From: Candidatus Methylomirabilia bacterium
GTDB taxonomy: Bacteria; Methylomirabilota; Methylomirabilia; Rokubacteriales; CSP1-6
Direction of reading: 5' to 3'
DNA length: 26,433 nucleotides
NCBI GenBank assembly: GCA_041492755.1
Contig: JBGPXN010000056.1
Span: 1 to 26,433, forward strand
Position 1 is the first letter of the stretch; every line of letters begins with the position of its first letter. The notes under the pieces are model-generated. The model made no database searches and had not been told where the DNA came from. It saw only the letters and a list, made by a program, of their open reading frames with translations. The position numbers were made by a program, and so were the translations under genes. Shown here piece by piece: positions 1 through 8,811 of the stretch.

Positions 1-32
1 CCTTGTCGGTTTCAGACCTTGTCGGTTTCAGA
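1..32. repeat. Tandem direct repeat, 2 x 16 bp (CCTTGTCGGTTTCAGA), at the window edge
   Basis: Bases 1-16 and 17-32 are identical with no spacer; the repeat may continue upstream of the window. Confidence 0.85.
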
Positions 33-53
33 GCCGGAAGTCGGAAGACGTCT

Positions 54-1142
54 TCACGCGAAGGCCGGCGCGACCTCTTCCAGGAAGCGCTTGAGCTGGC
101 CGCGCTGGTCCCAGGACGCCAGCCGTAGCGCCATGTGGCCGAGACCGGCGTCGAAGTACGCGCGTAGCTCCTCGATGCACTGGCCCGGGCGGCCCGAGAT
201 CGTCCACGCCTGCACGAAGGCCGGCGTGAACTTCGCCGTGTAGTAGGTGTCGAGAAACGCCTTGCTCTCCTCGAGCCCGCGCGCCCGGTCCTCGGTGATG
301 TTGATGTTGTGGTAGAGGGCCGAGCCGAGCCGGTCGGGGTCCCGTCCTTCTTCACGCGCCATCGCGCGGATCCGGCCGAACTGCTGGCCCAGCTCCCCCG
401 GGCTCAGCTTGTTCGTCATCCAGCCGTCGGCGAAGCGGGCGACCCGGCGGAAGCCCCGCTCGACCGCCGGCGGCGCCGCGCTGGCGCCGCCCCGCCACGT
501 AAGCGCGGTCGGATTGCTGGCGATCCAGATCGGGCAGGGATTCTGCACCGGGCGCGGCTCGATGGTGACGTCCTGGAACCGGTAGAACTCGCCCTCGTGG
601 GTCACCGCCTTCTCGTGCAGGAGCCGGCGCATGATGACGATGCCCTCTTCGAGCCGACGGACGCGCTCGCTGGAGGCGATGCCCATCGCCGCGTGCTCAC
701 GCGCCTGGGCGGCGCCCGCTTCGTCCGGCCCGCCGAGACACACGGCGAGCCAGGCGCGCCCGCCCGACAACACGTCGAGACTCGCCCACTGGTGCGCGAG
801 CATCACGGGGTGGCGGTGGACGAAGGTCGCCATGCACCCCACGGCCAGGCGCACACGCGAGGTGACGCCGGCGAGGGCCGCCAGCAGCGTGACGGACTCC
901 AGCCGCGGCTTGGCCAGGAGGCTGTCGCCCGCCCACACCGCGTCGAACGCGCCGGACCGCTCGGCCTCGACCGTGATGTCGACGAGGTCGCGGGGGGTGA
1001 GCGCGCCGATGACGACGGCGCGGTTGGCGAGGACGAGGCCGAAACTGACCGCATGGGGGGCCCCGACATGGCCGCCCACACCCCCCAACTCTCGGGGCGC
1101 CCCGGCGAAGCCGTGGCGCCCCTCGATCACCGGGCCGCTCAT
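54..1142 (-). CDS. LLM-class flavin-dependent oxidoreductase (luciferase-like monooxygenase), 362 aa
   Basis: Motifs FDAVWAGDSLLAKPRLES, LAALAGVTSRVRL, LAHQWASLDVLSGGR, PIWIA, RRVARFADGW. Start ATG at 1142 overlaps the upstream stop (ATGA); the longer ORF-track start at 1667 is spurious. Confidence 0.9.
   Translation of the reverse strand: MSGPVIEGRHGFAGAPRELGGVGGHVGAPHAVSFGLVLANRAVVIGALTPRDLVDITVEAERSGAFDAVWAGDSLLAKPRLESVTLLAALAGVTSRVRLAVGCMATFVHRHPVMLAHQWASLDVLSGGRAWLAVCLGGPDEAGAAQAREHAAMGIASSERVRRLEEGIVIMRRLLHEKAVTHEGEFYRFQDVTIEPRPVQNPCPIWIASNPTALTWRGGASAAPPAVERGFRRVARFADGWMTNKLSPGELGQQFGRIRAMAREEGRDPDRLGSALYHNINITEDRARGLEESKAFLDTYYTAKFTPAFVQAWTISGRPGQCIEELRAYFDAGLGHMALRLASWDQRGQLKRFLEEVAPAFA
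1052..1123. repeat. GC-rich double-hairpin palindromic (REP-like) element inside the 5' end of the LLM gene
   Basis: Minus strand hairpin GGGGCGCC-A-CGGC-TTC-GCCG-G-GGCGCCCC (1094-1122), then imperfect hairpin GTGGGCGGCC...GGCCCCCCAT. Translates as EGRHGFAGAPRELGGVGGHVGAPH ahead of the LLM first beta-strand. Confidence 0.65.
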
Positions 1143-1906
1143 CGGCCCTCGAACTTCGGCGGACGCTTGTCCAGGAAGGCCTGCACGCCCTCCGTGTAGT
1201 CGTGCGTGGAACGCAGCCACGCGTACGCCTTGCGTTCGAGCTCGAGCGCGGTCTCCAGCGGCGCCTCCGCCCCGCGGTTGATGACGGTCTTCAGCGTGCG
1301 CAAGGCGAGCGGCGGCCGCTCCGCCAGCTCGGTAGCCAGCGCGCTGACCGCCTGGTCGAGTCCATCGTTCGCCACCGCTTGGGTGATGAGCCCCCACGCC
1401 TCCGCCCGTTCCGCGCCGATCCGCTGTCCGGTGAGCATGAACAGCTTCGCCCGTGTCATCCCGATCAAGCGCAGCGCGCGCTGGGAGCCACCACTGCCCG
1501 GGATCATCCCCAGCCGCACCTCGGGAAACGCGAACTCCGATCGCAGGGTGGCGATGCGGAAGTCGCACGCCACCGCCAGCTCGAGGCCGGCCCCCATCGT
1601 ATACCCGTCGATGGCGGCGATGACGGGCTTCCGGCAGCGCTCGGGCGCGCTGACGGTATCGCCCCATTGCTCGAGATCGGCGGGGGCGAGCGTCAGGAAC
1701 TCGGCCACGTCGCCGCCGGCGCTGAACGCCTTGCCGCCCGCGCCGCGCACGACGATAACGCGGACGGCGTCGTCGCCGTCGAGATCACGGAAGATGCCGG
1801 GAAACTCCCCCCGCATGGCGACCGTCAGCGTGTTCATCTTCGGCTGGCGATCGATCCAGACCGTGGCCGTGGCCCCGCCACGCTCCACGCGCACGAACTC
1901 GCTCAT
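1139..1906 (-). CDS. Enoyl-CoA hydratase/isomerase family protein
   Basis: Crotonase motifs AFSAGGDV, KPVIAAIDGYTMGAGLELAVACDFRIA, PEVRLGMIPGSGG, C-terminal EGVQAFLDKRPPKFEGR. Confidence 0.95.
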   Translation of the reverse strand: MSEFVRVERGGATATVWIDRQPKMNTLTVAMRGEFPGIFRDLDGDDAVRVIVVRGAGGKAFSAGGDVAEFLTLAPADLEQWGDTVSAPERCRKPVIAAIDGYTMGAGLELAVACDFRIATLRSEFAFPEVRLGMIPGSGGSQRALRLIGMTRAKLFMLTGQRIGAERAEAWGLITQAVANDGLDQAVSALATELAERPPLALRTLKTVINRGAEAPLETALELERKAYAWLRSTHDYTEGVQAFLDKRPPKFEGR

Positions 1907-2322
1907 GGTGTGACCTCCGTGTACTGCCCCTCGCGCAGCAGCCGGCGCAGAATCTTGCCGGAGGCCGTCTTGGGAATCTCGCGAACGAACACCACGCGCC
2001 GCGGGCGCTTGAACGAAGCGAGCGCGCCACCTGAGTCCTCGACCAGGTACGCGAGCTCCGCCGCGGCCAGCCGGAAGCTCACGGGCACGGCGACCGCGCC
2101 GATCGTCTGCGCGGCCCAGTACGTGAGCACGTGCTCGACCCGGTTGCGGAGGACGATGAGCACGCGATCGCCGCGGCCAACGCCCAGCCGCGCGAGCCCG
2201 CCGGCGACGGCATGGGCGCGGCGCGACAACGCGGACCAGTCCAGGCGGGTGGCGCCGTCCACCAGCGCTTCCGCCTGCGGCCAGCGCAGCGCCGCGCGGT
2301 CGAGGAGCCGGGCCAGCGTCAT
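1903..2322 (-). pseudogene. Acyl-CoA synthetase (AMP-binding) with a large in-frame internal deletion, 139 aa
   Basis: About 98 N-terminal aa (GVGRGDRVLIVLRN...GAVAVPVSFRL...ELAYLVEDSG) are joined directly to the extreme C-terminus (LASFKRPRRVVFVREIPKTASGKILRR). The YTSGTTGxPKG ATP-binding loop and core are absent. Confidence 0.9.
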
Positions 2323-2329
2323 GCGGGAC

Positions 2330-3361
2330 TCAGGCCGGGACGAGGAGGACCTTGCCCTTGTTCTTGCGGTCGAGCACGTATTGCACGGCCGCCCGCGCGT
2401 TGCTGAGCGGAAAGGTCCGGTCCACGACGGGACGCAGCTGGCCGGTGACGAGGTAGTCGAGGACGGTGCGCAGCTCGGTGATGGAGCCGAGGTTGGTGCC
2501 GATGATCTTCAAGTTCTTCGAGTACACGTGGCGGAGGTCGAGCCGCCCCCAGTGGGTGTCGTGGGAGCCGATCGTCACCAGCTTGCCGAGGCGGGTGAGC
2601 GCGTAGACGCTGCGCTCGAACGTGTCGCCGCCGATGTGCTCGACGACGACGTCCACGCCCCGCTTGCCGGTCCACGCCTTGGCCTCTTCCACGAAGTCCT
2701 GCCGGCGATAGTTGACGACGTGCTCGGCACCGAGCTCGCGCGCGAACTCGATCTTGTCATCGCTACCCACGGTGGTCATGACGCGGGCGCCCGCGAGCCG
2801 GGCGATCTGGATCGCCGCGCTGCCCACCCCGCTGCCGGCCGCCTGGACCAGGACCGTCTGACCGGGGCGGAGATCGACCTGAGCGATCAACGCGTGCCAC
2901 GAGGTGAGCATCGCCAGCGGCACCGCCGCTCCCGCCTCGAAGGAAATCGCCTCCGGCAACGGCAGCACGTTGGCCGCCGGAACCTTGACGAGCTCCGCGT
3001 AGCCGCCGTCCTTGGCCGCGCCGAGGTACCCGTAACGAATACAGACGGTGCGCTCGCCCCGCAGGCAGTACTCGCACGTGCCGCAGGAGAACCCGGGAAA
3101 CACGATCACGCGTTGGCCCCGGGTCACGCCCCGGACGGCGTCGCCCGTCGTTTCCACCGTGCCCGTGACTTCGCAGCCGTTGACGTGGGGCAGGCCTTCC
3201 GGCGGCGGGAACCGACCATCGAGCAGGAGCATGTCGACCTGGTTGAGCGCGCACGCCTTGACGCGGACGACGACGTCGGCCGCGGTCGGCACCGGATCCG
3301 GATACTCTCCGTAAATGATCTTGTCGGCGCCGCCGTGCTCCTTGAAGAACGCGGCTCTCAT
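2330..3361 (-). CDS. Zinc-binding dehydrogenase / quinone oxidoreductase (MDR superfamily)
   Basis: VRVKACALNQVD, structural Zn motif CGTCEYCLRGERTVC, NAD(P)-binding AAGSGVGSAAIQIA, C-terminal GKVLL. Confidence 0.93.
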   Translation of the reverse strand: MRAAFFKEHGGADKIIYGEYPDPVPTAADVVVRVKACALNQVDMLLLDGRFPPPEGLPHVNGCEVTGTVETTGDAVRGVTRGQRVIVFPGFSCGTCEYCLRGERTVCIRYGYLGAAKDGGYAELVKVPAANVLPLPEAISFEAGAAVPLAMLTSWHALIAQVDLRPGQTVLVQAAGSGVGSAAIQIARLAGARVMTTVGSDDKIEFARELGAEHVVNYRRQDFVEEAKAWTGKRGVDVVVEHIGGDTFERSVYALTRLGKLVTIGSHDTHWGRLDLRHVYSKNLKIIGTNLGSITELRTVLDYLVTGQLRPVVDRTFPLSNARAAVQYVLDRKNKGKVLLVPA

Positions 3362-3421
3362 GCGCGCGCCGGCGCTCTCGTGATCGTGCGTCCGTTCATG
3401 TCCGGGCCGCCCGCGGCTCGT

Positions 3422-3865
3422 TCACGCCGTGGCCGTCAGCAGCTCGCCCATGCGGTTGAAGAACTGATCGGCCATCATCTTGGACACACCACCGAGCATG
3501 CGCTGACCGACGCCGGCGATGAGTCCCCCCACCTGCACGTCGGCGCTGTAGCTCACGCGGGTGCCGCCCTCGATGTCCGTGAGCGTGATCAGCGTCTCGC
3601 CGCGCACGAATCCCGGACTACCGCTGCCGTCGACGGCGAGCTTGTAGGAATCCGGCGGCTTCCTGTCGAGCAAACGCACTTTGCCTTCGAACGTCCCCTT
3701 CACGGCCGCGACGCCGATTTTCATGGTCGCTTTGAACTCGTCGTTGCCAATGGCCTCGAGCTTCTCGCACCCGGGGATCCCCTGGCGCAGCACCCCGGGA
3801 TCGAGAAAGGCGTCCCACACTTTCTGGCGGGGCGCCTTGATGTCGTGAGCGCCTTCGAGTTTCAT
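3422..3865 (-). CDS. coxG: CoxG / SRPBCC family protein (carbon monoxide dehydrogenase subunit G-like), 147 aa
   Basis: MKLEGAHDIKAPRQKVWDAFLDPGVLRQGIPGCEKL...YSADVQVGGLIAGVGQRML. AGGAGGA RBS precedes the ATG at 3865. Confidence 0.88.
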   Translation of the reverse strand: MKLEGAHDIKAPRQKVWDAFLDPGVLRQGIPGCEKLEAIGNDEFKATMKIGVAAVKGTFEGKVRLLDRKPPDSYKLAVDGSGSPGFVRGETLITLTDIEGGTRVSYSADVQVGGLIAGVGQRMLGGVSKMMADQFFNRMGELLTATA

Positions 3866-3904
3866 CGCAGTCCTCCTACAGTCTGAACGGCCCTGAGGCT
3901 CGCG

Positions 3905-3933
3905 ACGATAGAGAATGCCACCGACCCTGTCAA
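3905..3933 (-). promoter_or_regulatory. sigma70 promoter of the coxG operon
   Basis: Minus strand TTGACA (3933-3928), 17-nt spacer, TATCGT (3910-3905). Confidence 0.75.
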
Positions 3934-3954
3934 GCGAGCGCCCGGTGGCCATTG

Positions 3955-4992
3955 CTACCCGGTCTGCGCGCGCACACGTCCGATGCTGATGCCGTCGATG
4001 GTATGCGCCGGCGCGGTCGTGAGGACGTCGAGACGGCCGTGTTCGAGATCGAGCCGCCGCACCACGCCGACCGCGATCGTCTCGCCGTCCACTGATTCCA
4101 GACCGGCGAGCGCCCCCTCGAGCGCGTCGCGCGCCCACGCCTTCACGGGCGCGCGCAGCCGTCGCTCCAGCTCCGTGAGCCGCGTCTCGTCCGCGGCCGT
4201 CCCGGTCACGAGCGCGACGTGATCACGCTGCCGCTCGGCCCACACCAGCACCACCTCGAGCGTCGTGGCGATGTCGGCACGCTCCGCCGGGGACAGCGGG
4301 GCGCCGCGTCCCAGCGACGGCCGTCGCAGCACGACGTGATCGAGATCGAGCGACACCGGCCGCGCGGACACAAAGTAGGCGGCCAGTGATCGTTGACGGT
4401 GGAGGCGGCGCGCCCCCGCGCTCCGGCCGCGGCGGCTGCCGAGCGCGGGTAGTCGCACCACGGCCGGACGGGGTTGCGCGGCGTACCGCGCGAGGATGTG
4501 CTCGCACTCGTCGCCTCGTTGGAGACAGAGCACGAGGTCGGCATCAGCGGCGGCGATCTTCGCCGACTTCAGCGCGCGGCCGAGACCGCCCGCCACCAGA
4601 CCGCTCGTGTCGACGAGCACGCGGGCGAAGTCCTCGTGCCGCGCGCGCGCGACCATCCGACCGGTGGCCGCGATCGTGCCGCTCACGTCCTGCGCCGGCG
4701 TGCTCACGCCGACGAACGCGAGCGCGCGCACGGCGGCGGCGCTCACGGGCGCATCGGGGTCGCGGATCTCGGCGAGGCCGACGGTCCCCGGTGGACCGAT
4801 CTCGGACTGCCCGAGGTCCGCGTCGACCACGGCCACGCGCTCTTCGCGGGCAAGCCGTCGAGCCAGGAGCCCGAGGAGCGTCGTCTTGCCCGCGTCGGAC
4901 GCGCCGATGACGATGGTCACCCGGGCCGCGCGAACGGCGGGGAGCGCCGGCTGCCACTCGGGCGGCAGCGCAGCCGCCGGCGGATCGCCCAC
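3955..4992 (-). CDS. Clp1/Grc3/Nol9-family polynucleotide 5'-hydroxyl kinase
   Basis: Walker A GASDAGKTT, family signature VVDADLGQSEIGPPGTVG, VLVDTSG, lid motif RRLHRQRSLAAYF. Confidence 0.85.
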   Translation of the reverse strand: MGDPPAAALPPEWQPALPAVRAARVTIVIGASDAGKTTLLGLLARRLAREERVAVVDADLGQSEIGPPGTVGLAEIRDPDAPVSAAAVRALAFVGVSTPAQDVSGTIAATGRMVARARHEDFARVLVDTSGLVAGGLGRALKSAKIAAADADLVLCLQRGDECEHILARYAAQPRPAVVRLPALGSRRGRSAGARRLHRQRSLAAYFVSARPVSLDLDHVVLRRPSLGRGAPLSPAERADIATTLEVVLVWAERQRDHVALVTGTAADETRLTELERRLRAPVKAWARDALEGALAGLESVDGETIAVGVVRRLDLEHGRLDVLTTAPAHTIDGISIGRVRAQTG

Positions 4993-5013
4993 GACGGCGG
5001 CCGCGGCCCGGCC

Positions 5014-5334
5014 TCAGGCGAGGCGGCGGATCGCGGCGGCCATCCGGCTGAGACCCTCGCGAATGAGCGCGTCGCTCGTCGCGTACGACAGCCGGACGTG
5101 GTCGTCGGAACCGAAGTCGACGCCAGGGACCACGGCCACGCGTGCGTGCTCGAGCAGGAAGGCCGTCACGTCGGTCGACGTCTCCAGCGGCTCGCTCCCG
5201 GCAAGACGCCGGCCGAGCAGGCCCGATACGTTGGCGAACGCGTAGAAGGCGCCACGCGGCATGACGCAGCGGACGCCGGGCAGCGCGTTGAGTCCCTCGA
5301 CGATGAGCCGCCGCCGCCGATCGAACTCGCCGGC
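5014..5334 (-). pseudogene. C-terminal fragment (about 106 aa) of a class I/II PLP-dependent aminotransferase (AspC-like)
   Basis: EFDRRRRLIVEGLN...PRGAFYAFANVS...LLEHARVAVVPGVDFG...HVRLSYATS. It begins 7 nt after the coaD stop with no start codon; the N-terminal ~3/4 including the PLP lysine is missing. Confidence 0.9.
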
Positions 5335-5341
5335 CTGCCGG

Positions 5342-5842
5342 CTACGACGCGGCCGACGACCGCGGCGGGAACTTCTCGGCCAGCCCCTTCTCGACGCCGG
5401 GCGGGACCAGCCCCGACACCGACGCCCCCAGGCTGGCCACCTCTTTGATGAGCCGAGACGAGGCATAGGTGTACTTCTCGTGGGGCATCATGAACACCGT
5501 CTCGACGGCGCTGCTCAGCTTGCGGTTCATGAGCGCCATCTGGAACTCGTACTCGAAGTCCGAGACGGCGCGCAGGCCGCGTACGATACAGTCGGCCCGC
5601 TCACGCGCCACGAGGTCGATCAGGAGACCGTCGAAGGCGACGATACGGATGCTCTGGAGGTCGACGGTGGCCTCGTCGATGAGCTCGAGCCGCTTCTGTA
5701 CCGTGAACAGCGGCTCCTTCGAGGGATTCGCCACCACCGCGACGATCAGCTCGTCGAAGATGCGCAGGCTGCGCTCGATGAGGTCGAGGTGCCCGTTGTG
5801 GATCGGATCGAACATGCCGGGATAAACGGCGCGCTTGCCCAC
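5342..5842 (-). CDS. coaD: Pantetheine-phosphate adenylyltransferase
   Basis: AVYPGMFDPIHNGHLD (HxGH), IVRGLRAVSDFEYEFQMALMNR, SSRLIKEVASLG. Confidence 0.97.
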   Translation of the reverse strand: MGKRAVYPGMFDPIHNGHLDLIERSLRIFDELIVAVVANPSKEPLFTVQKRLELIDEATVDLQSIRIVAFDGLLIDLVARERADCIVRGLRAVSDFEYEFQMALMNRKLSSAVETVFMMPHEKYTYASSRLIKEVASLGASVSGLVPPGVEKGLAEKFPPRSSAAS

Positions 5843-5854
5843 GCGGATGCCCCC

Positions 5855-6421
5855 CTAGGACTCGGGATCGTAGTCTCCGCTGCGAAAGAAAGTCAACATG
5901 GTCTCCCCGAACCGGCGCGTCCGGTAGGCGCGCAAGGCCCCCACGGCCTCGGGCGGAGGCTGCTTGGTCAGATGCTGGAGGATCACGCGCGCCGGCGGCG
6001 GCGCCAGCCCGCCCGCTTCCACACGCTCCAGCGCCGGCGTCGAATTCAGGTCGTAGGGCGGATCCAGGAAGACGAGATCGAAGCGCGCGCCCTCGCCGGC
6101 GAGGCGCTCGAGGCCACCGGCCACCCCGGTGGGCAGCAGGCGCGTCTGCGCTCGCAAGCCGAGCGCACCGATGTTGTCCCGGAGCGCGGCCACCGCGCGC
6201 GGATCGCGCTCGACGAAGGTAGCGTGCGCGGCGCCCCGCGACAGCGCTTCGAGGCCCACCGCCCCCGCCCCCGCGTACAGATCGAGGAAGCGCGCGCCCG
6301 CGAGATACGGCATCAGCGTGTCCATGAGCGCAATGCGCACCTGATCCGCCGTCGGCCGCGTCTCCCGCCCGCGGGGGGTGACCAACCGTCGGCCCTTCAA
6401 GGTGCCGGCAATCACTCGCAT
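5855..6421 (-). CDS. rsmD: 16S rRNA (guanine(966)-N2)-methyltransferase
   Basis: MRVIAGTLKGRRL, TRPTADQVR, FLDLYAGAGAVGLEALSRGA, FLDPPY; located between recG and coaD. Confidence 0.95.
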   Translation of the reverse strand: MRVIAGTLKGRRLVTPRGRETRPTADQVRIALMDTLMPYLAGARFLDLYAGAGAVGLEALSRGAAHATFVERDPRAVAALRDNIGALGLRAQTRLLPTGVAGGLERLAGEGARFDLVFLDPPYDLNSTPALERVEAGGLAPPPARVILQHLTKQPPPEAVGALRAYRTRRFGETMLTFFRSGDYDPES

Positions 6422-6445
6422 TCCTCTAACCTGGACTATTCGTGC

Positions 6446-8548
6446 TCATCCAGCGCTCGCCAAGCCCAGTTTGCCGCGCCATCGTGCCAGCAGCTGCTCG
6501 CGCAGGCCGCGATGGACGGGGGCGCGGAGCTCGGGGTCGGTCGCGATGATGCTCTGGGCCTCGGCGCGCGCGTCCTCGAGGAGGGCGGCGTCGCGGAGCA
6601 GGTCGGCGACGCGGAACTCCGGCAGTCCCGACTGGCGCGTGCCGAAGAACTCGCCGGGGCCGCGGAGCTCGAGGTCGACCTCGGCGATGCGGAAACCGTC
6701 GTTGGTGTCGACCAGCGTCTGCAGCCGCCGCTGCGCGTCCTCGCTGGGCCGACGGCCATGGAGCAGGATGCAGTAGGACCGGAACGGCCCGCGGCCCACG
6801 CGGCCACGGAGCTGGTGGAGCTGCGAGAGACCGAAGCGCTCGGCGTGCTCGATCAGCATCACCGAGGCGTTCGGCACGTCGATGCCGACCTCGATCACCG
6901 TCGTGGAGACGAGCACGTGGATCTCCCCGGCCTTGAAGCGCGCCATCATCGCGTCTTTGTCTTCGACGCCCAGCCGGCCGTGGAGGAGCCCGATGGTGAG
7001 ATCGGGGAACACGTCACGCTGAAGGTGCTGGGCCATGTCGGTGGCGGCCTTGAGGTCCATCGCCTCCGACTCCTCCACCAGCGGATAGACGATGTAGACT
7101 TGGCGCCCCTCCGCGATCTGCTCGCGCAGGAACTGGTAGATCTGCGTCCTCCGTTCGTCGGTGCGCGCCACCGTCTTCACGGGCCTCCGCCCGGGGGGGA
7201 GCTCGTCGAGCACGCTCACGTCGAGATCACCGTAGACGGTGAGCGAGAGCGTGCGCGGGATCGGCGTGGCCGTCATCACCAGCATGTCGGGCTGCTCGCC
7301 CTTGGCGCGCAGGCGCGCCCGCTGCGCGACGCCGAAGCGATGCTGCTCGTCGATCACGCACAGGCCGAGCCGCCGGAACCGCACGCCCTCCTGCACGAGG
7401 GCATGCGTGCCGATCACACACGACAGCTCGCCGGCGGCGACGGCGGCGCGCCGCGTCTCGCGCTCGCGCGCCTTCAGCGACGAGGTCAGCACCGTCACTC
7501 CGACCCCGAGCGGCCCCAGCAGCTGGCGGAGCGTCATGAAATGCTGCTCGGCCAGGATCTCGGTGGGCGCCATGATCGCCGCCTGGTAGCCGGACTCCAC
7601 CGCCGTGAGCACGGCCAGGGCGGCCACGATCGTCTTGCCGGATCCGACGTCGCCCTGAAGGAGGCGGTGCATCGGAAACGGCGCCGCCATGTCGCGACGG
7701 ATTTCGTCCCAGACCCTATCTTGAGCTGCCGTCAGCGTGTAGGCCAGGCCGGCGCGCAGGCCAGACACCAGCGCGCCGGGCGGTTGCATGCTGATCCCGC
7801 GCGTGCGGGTCGTCCGTGAGCGCAGGATGGCCAGGCCGAGCTGGAGGAGCAGGAAGTCGTCGAAGGCGAGACGGCGCCGCGCCGACGACGCCACCGCATC
7901 GGTCTGGGGAAAGTGCGCGTGGCGGATCGCCTCCGCGAGCGGCGGCAGACCGCGGCGCGCGCGCGCGCCGTCGGGCAACGTCTCCGTCACCTCGGCGGCG
8001 AAGCGCTCGACGATGTCATGCATGATCCGGCGCAACGGGCGTTGCAGCAATCCCTCGGTGGTCGAGTACACCGGCACCAGGCGACCGGTGTGGAGGCGCT
8101 CGTCCTCGTCGGCCTCGACGATCTCGTAGTCCGGGTTGTTCATGGTCAAGTGACCGCCGAAGCTCGACACCTTCCCGTGGATCACCACATGCTGGCCCCG
8201 CTTGAACACGCGCGACAGGTACCCGCCATGAAACCATCCCACGGTGAAGTAGCCACTGTCGTCGCGAAGGGTGACGCGGAACGGCTGCCGCGTGCGCGGC
8301 GGGGGTGGCGCGACCCCGTAAACGGTACCGCCCGAGGTTGCCGTCTGTCCGAACTGCAACGAGCGCAGCGACGTCAATCGCGTCCGGTCCTCGTGGCGGA
8401 TGGGGACGAAGAACAGGGCGTCGGCGACGATGGCCAGCCCCTTCTTGGCGAGGAGGGCGGCCCGCTGCGGCCCCACGCCCTTGAGGTACTGGAGCGGAGT
8501 GTCGAGCGTCGGCGCGACGGACGGGGTGGGGGCCTTGGTTTGCCTCAT
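6446..8548 (-). CDS. recG: ATP-dependent DNA helicase RecG
   Basis: LKGVGP wedge N-terminus, RLLQGDVGSGKT, DEQHRFGV, MTATPIPRTL, ERFGLSQLHQLRGRVGRG, DLELRGPGE. Confidence 0.98.
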   Translation of the reverse strand: MRQTKAPTPSVAPTLDTPLQYLKGVGPQRAALLAKKGLAIVADALFFVPIRHEDRTRLTSLRSLQFGQTATSGGTVYGVAPPPPRTRQPFRVTLRDDSGYFTVGWFHGGYLSRVFKRGQHVVIHGKVSSFGGHLTMNNPDYEIVEADEDERLHTGRLVPVYSTTEGLLQRPLRRIMHDIVERFAAEVTETLPDGARARRGLPPLAEAIRHAHFPQTDAVASSARRRLAFDDFLLLQLGLAILRSRTTRTRGISMQPPGALVSGLRAGLAYTLTAAQDRVWDEIRRDMAAPFPMHRLLQGDVGSGKTIVAALAVLTAVESGYQAAIMAPTEILAEQHFMTLRQLLGPLGVGVTVLTSSLKARERETRRAAVAAGELSCVIGTHALVQEGVRFRRLGLCVIDEQHRFGVAQRARLRAKGEQPDMLVMTATPIPRTLSLTVYGDLDVSVLDELPPGRRPVKTVARTDERRTQIYQFLREQIAEGRQVYIVYPLVEESEAMDLKAATDMAQHLQRDVFPDLTIGLLHGRLGVEDKDAMMARFKAGEIHVLVSTTVIEVGIDVPNASVMLIEHAERFGLSQLHQLRGRVGRGPFRSYCILLHGRRPSEDAQRRLQTLVDTNDGFRIAEVDLELRGPGEFFGTRQSGLPEFRVADLLRDAALLEDARAEAQSIIATDPELRAPVHRGLREQLLARWRGKLGLASAG

Positions 8549-8568
8549 GCGACGCGCTGTGTTATAAA
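8540..8568 (+). promoter_or_regulatory. sigma70 promoter of rpmB, overlapping the recG start
   Basis: TTGCCT (8540-8545), 17-nt spacer, TATAAA (8563-8568) with extended -10 TG. The same AT patch reads TATAAC on the minus strand toward recG. Confidence 0.6.
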
Positions 8569-8612
8569 CCGAGATTGTCCCTGAAGGTCTGATTCATTCC
8601 CAAGGAGCGGTC

Positions 8613-8804
8613 ATGGCGCAGCGGTGTGACGTTTGCGGAAAAGGCCCCAGCGTCGGTCATACGGTCAGCCACGCCCACAAGCTCACCAAGCGGCGCTGGC
8701 TACCCAACCTCGTTTCGATTCGGGCCCTCATCGCGGGTCGAGCCCAGCGCGTGCGCGTGTGCACGCATTGCCTCAAGGCGGGCAAGGTCACGAAAATCAT
8801 TTGA
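8613..8804 (+). CDS. rpmB: 50S ribosomal protein L28 (Zn-binding form)
   Basis: [10 protein letters not shown]...[16 protein letters not shown]...[21 protein letters not shown]. Confidence 0.97.
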   Translation: MAQRCDVCGKGPSVGHTVSHAHKLTKRRWLPNLVSIRALIAGRAQRVRVCTHCLKAGKVTKII

Positions 8805-8811
8805 GCACAAG

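Noticed and set aside
1..32. CRISPR array (GTTTCAGA resembles some repeat ends)
   Set aside because: Units are 16 bp, directly adjacent, with no spacers and no cas genes.
3422..3865. Evidence of aerobic CO oxidation from coxG
   Set aside because: No coxL/M/S in the window; CoxG/SRPBCC proteins occur in many other contexts.
5335..5466. N-terminal 44 aa of the 150-aa ORF 5014-5466
   Set aside because: It is an alternate frame of the coaD 3' end and is not aminotransferase-like.
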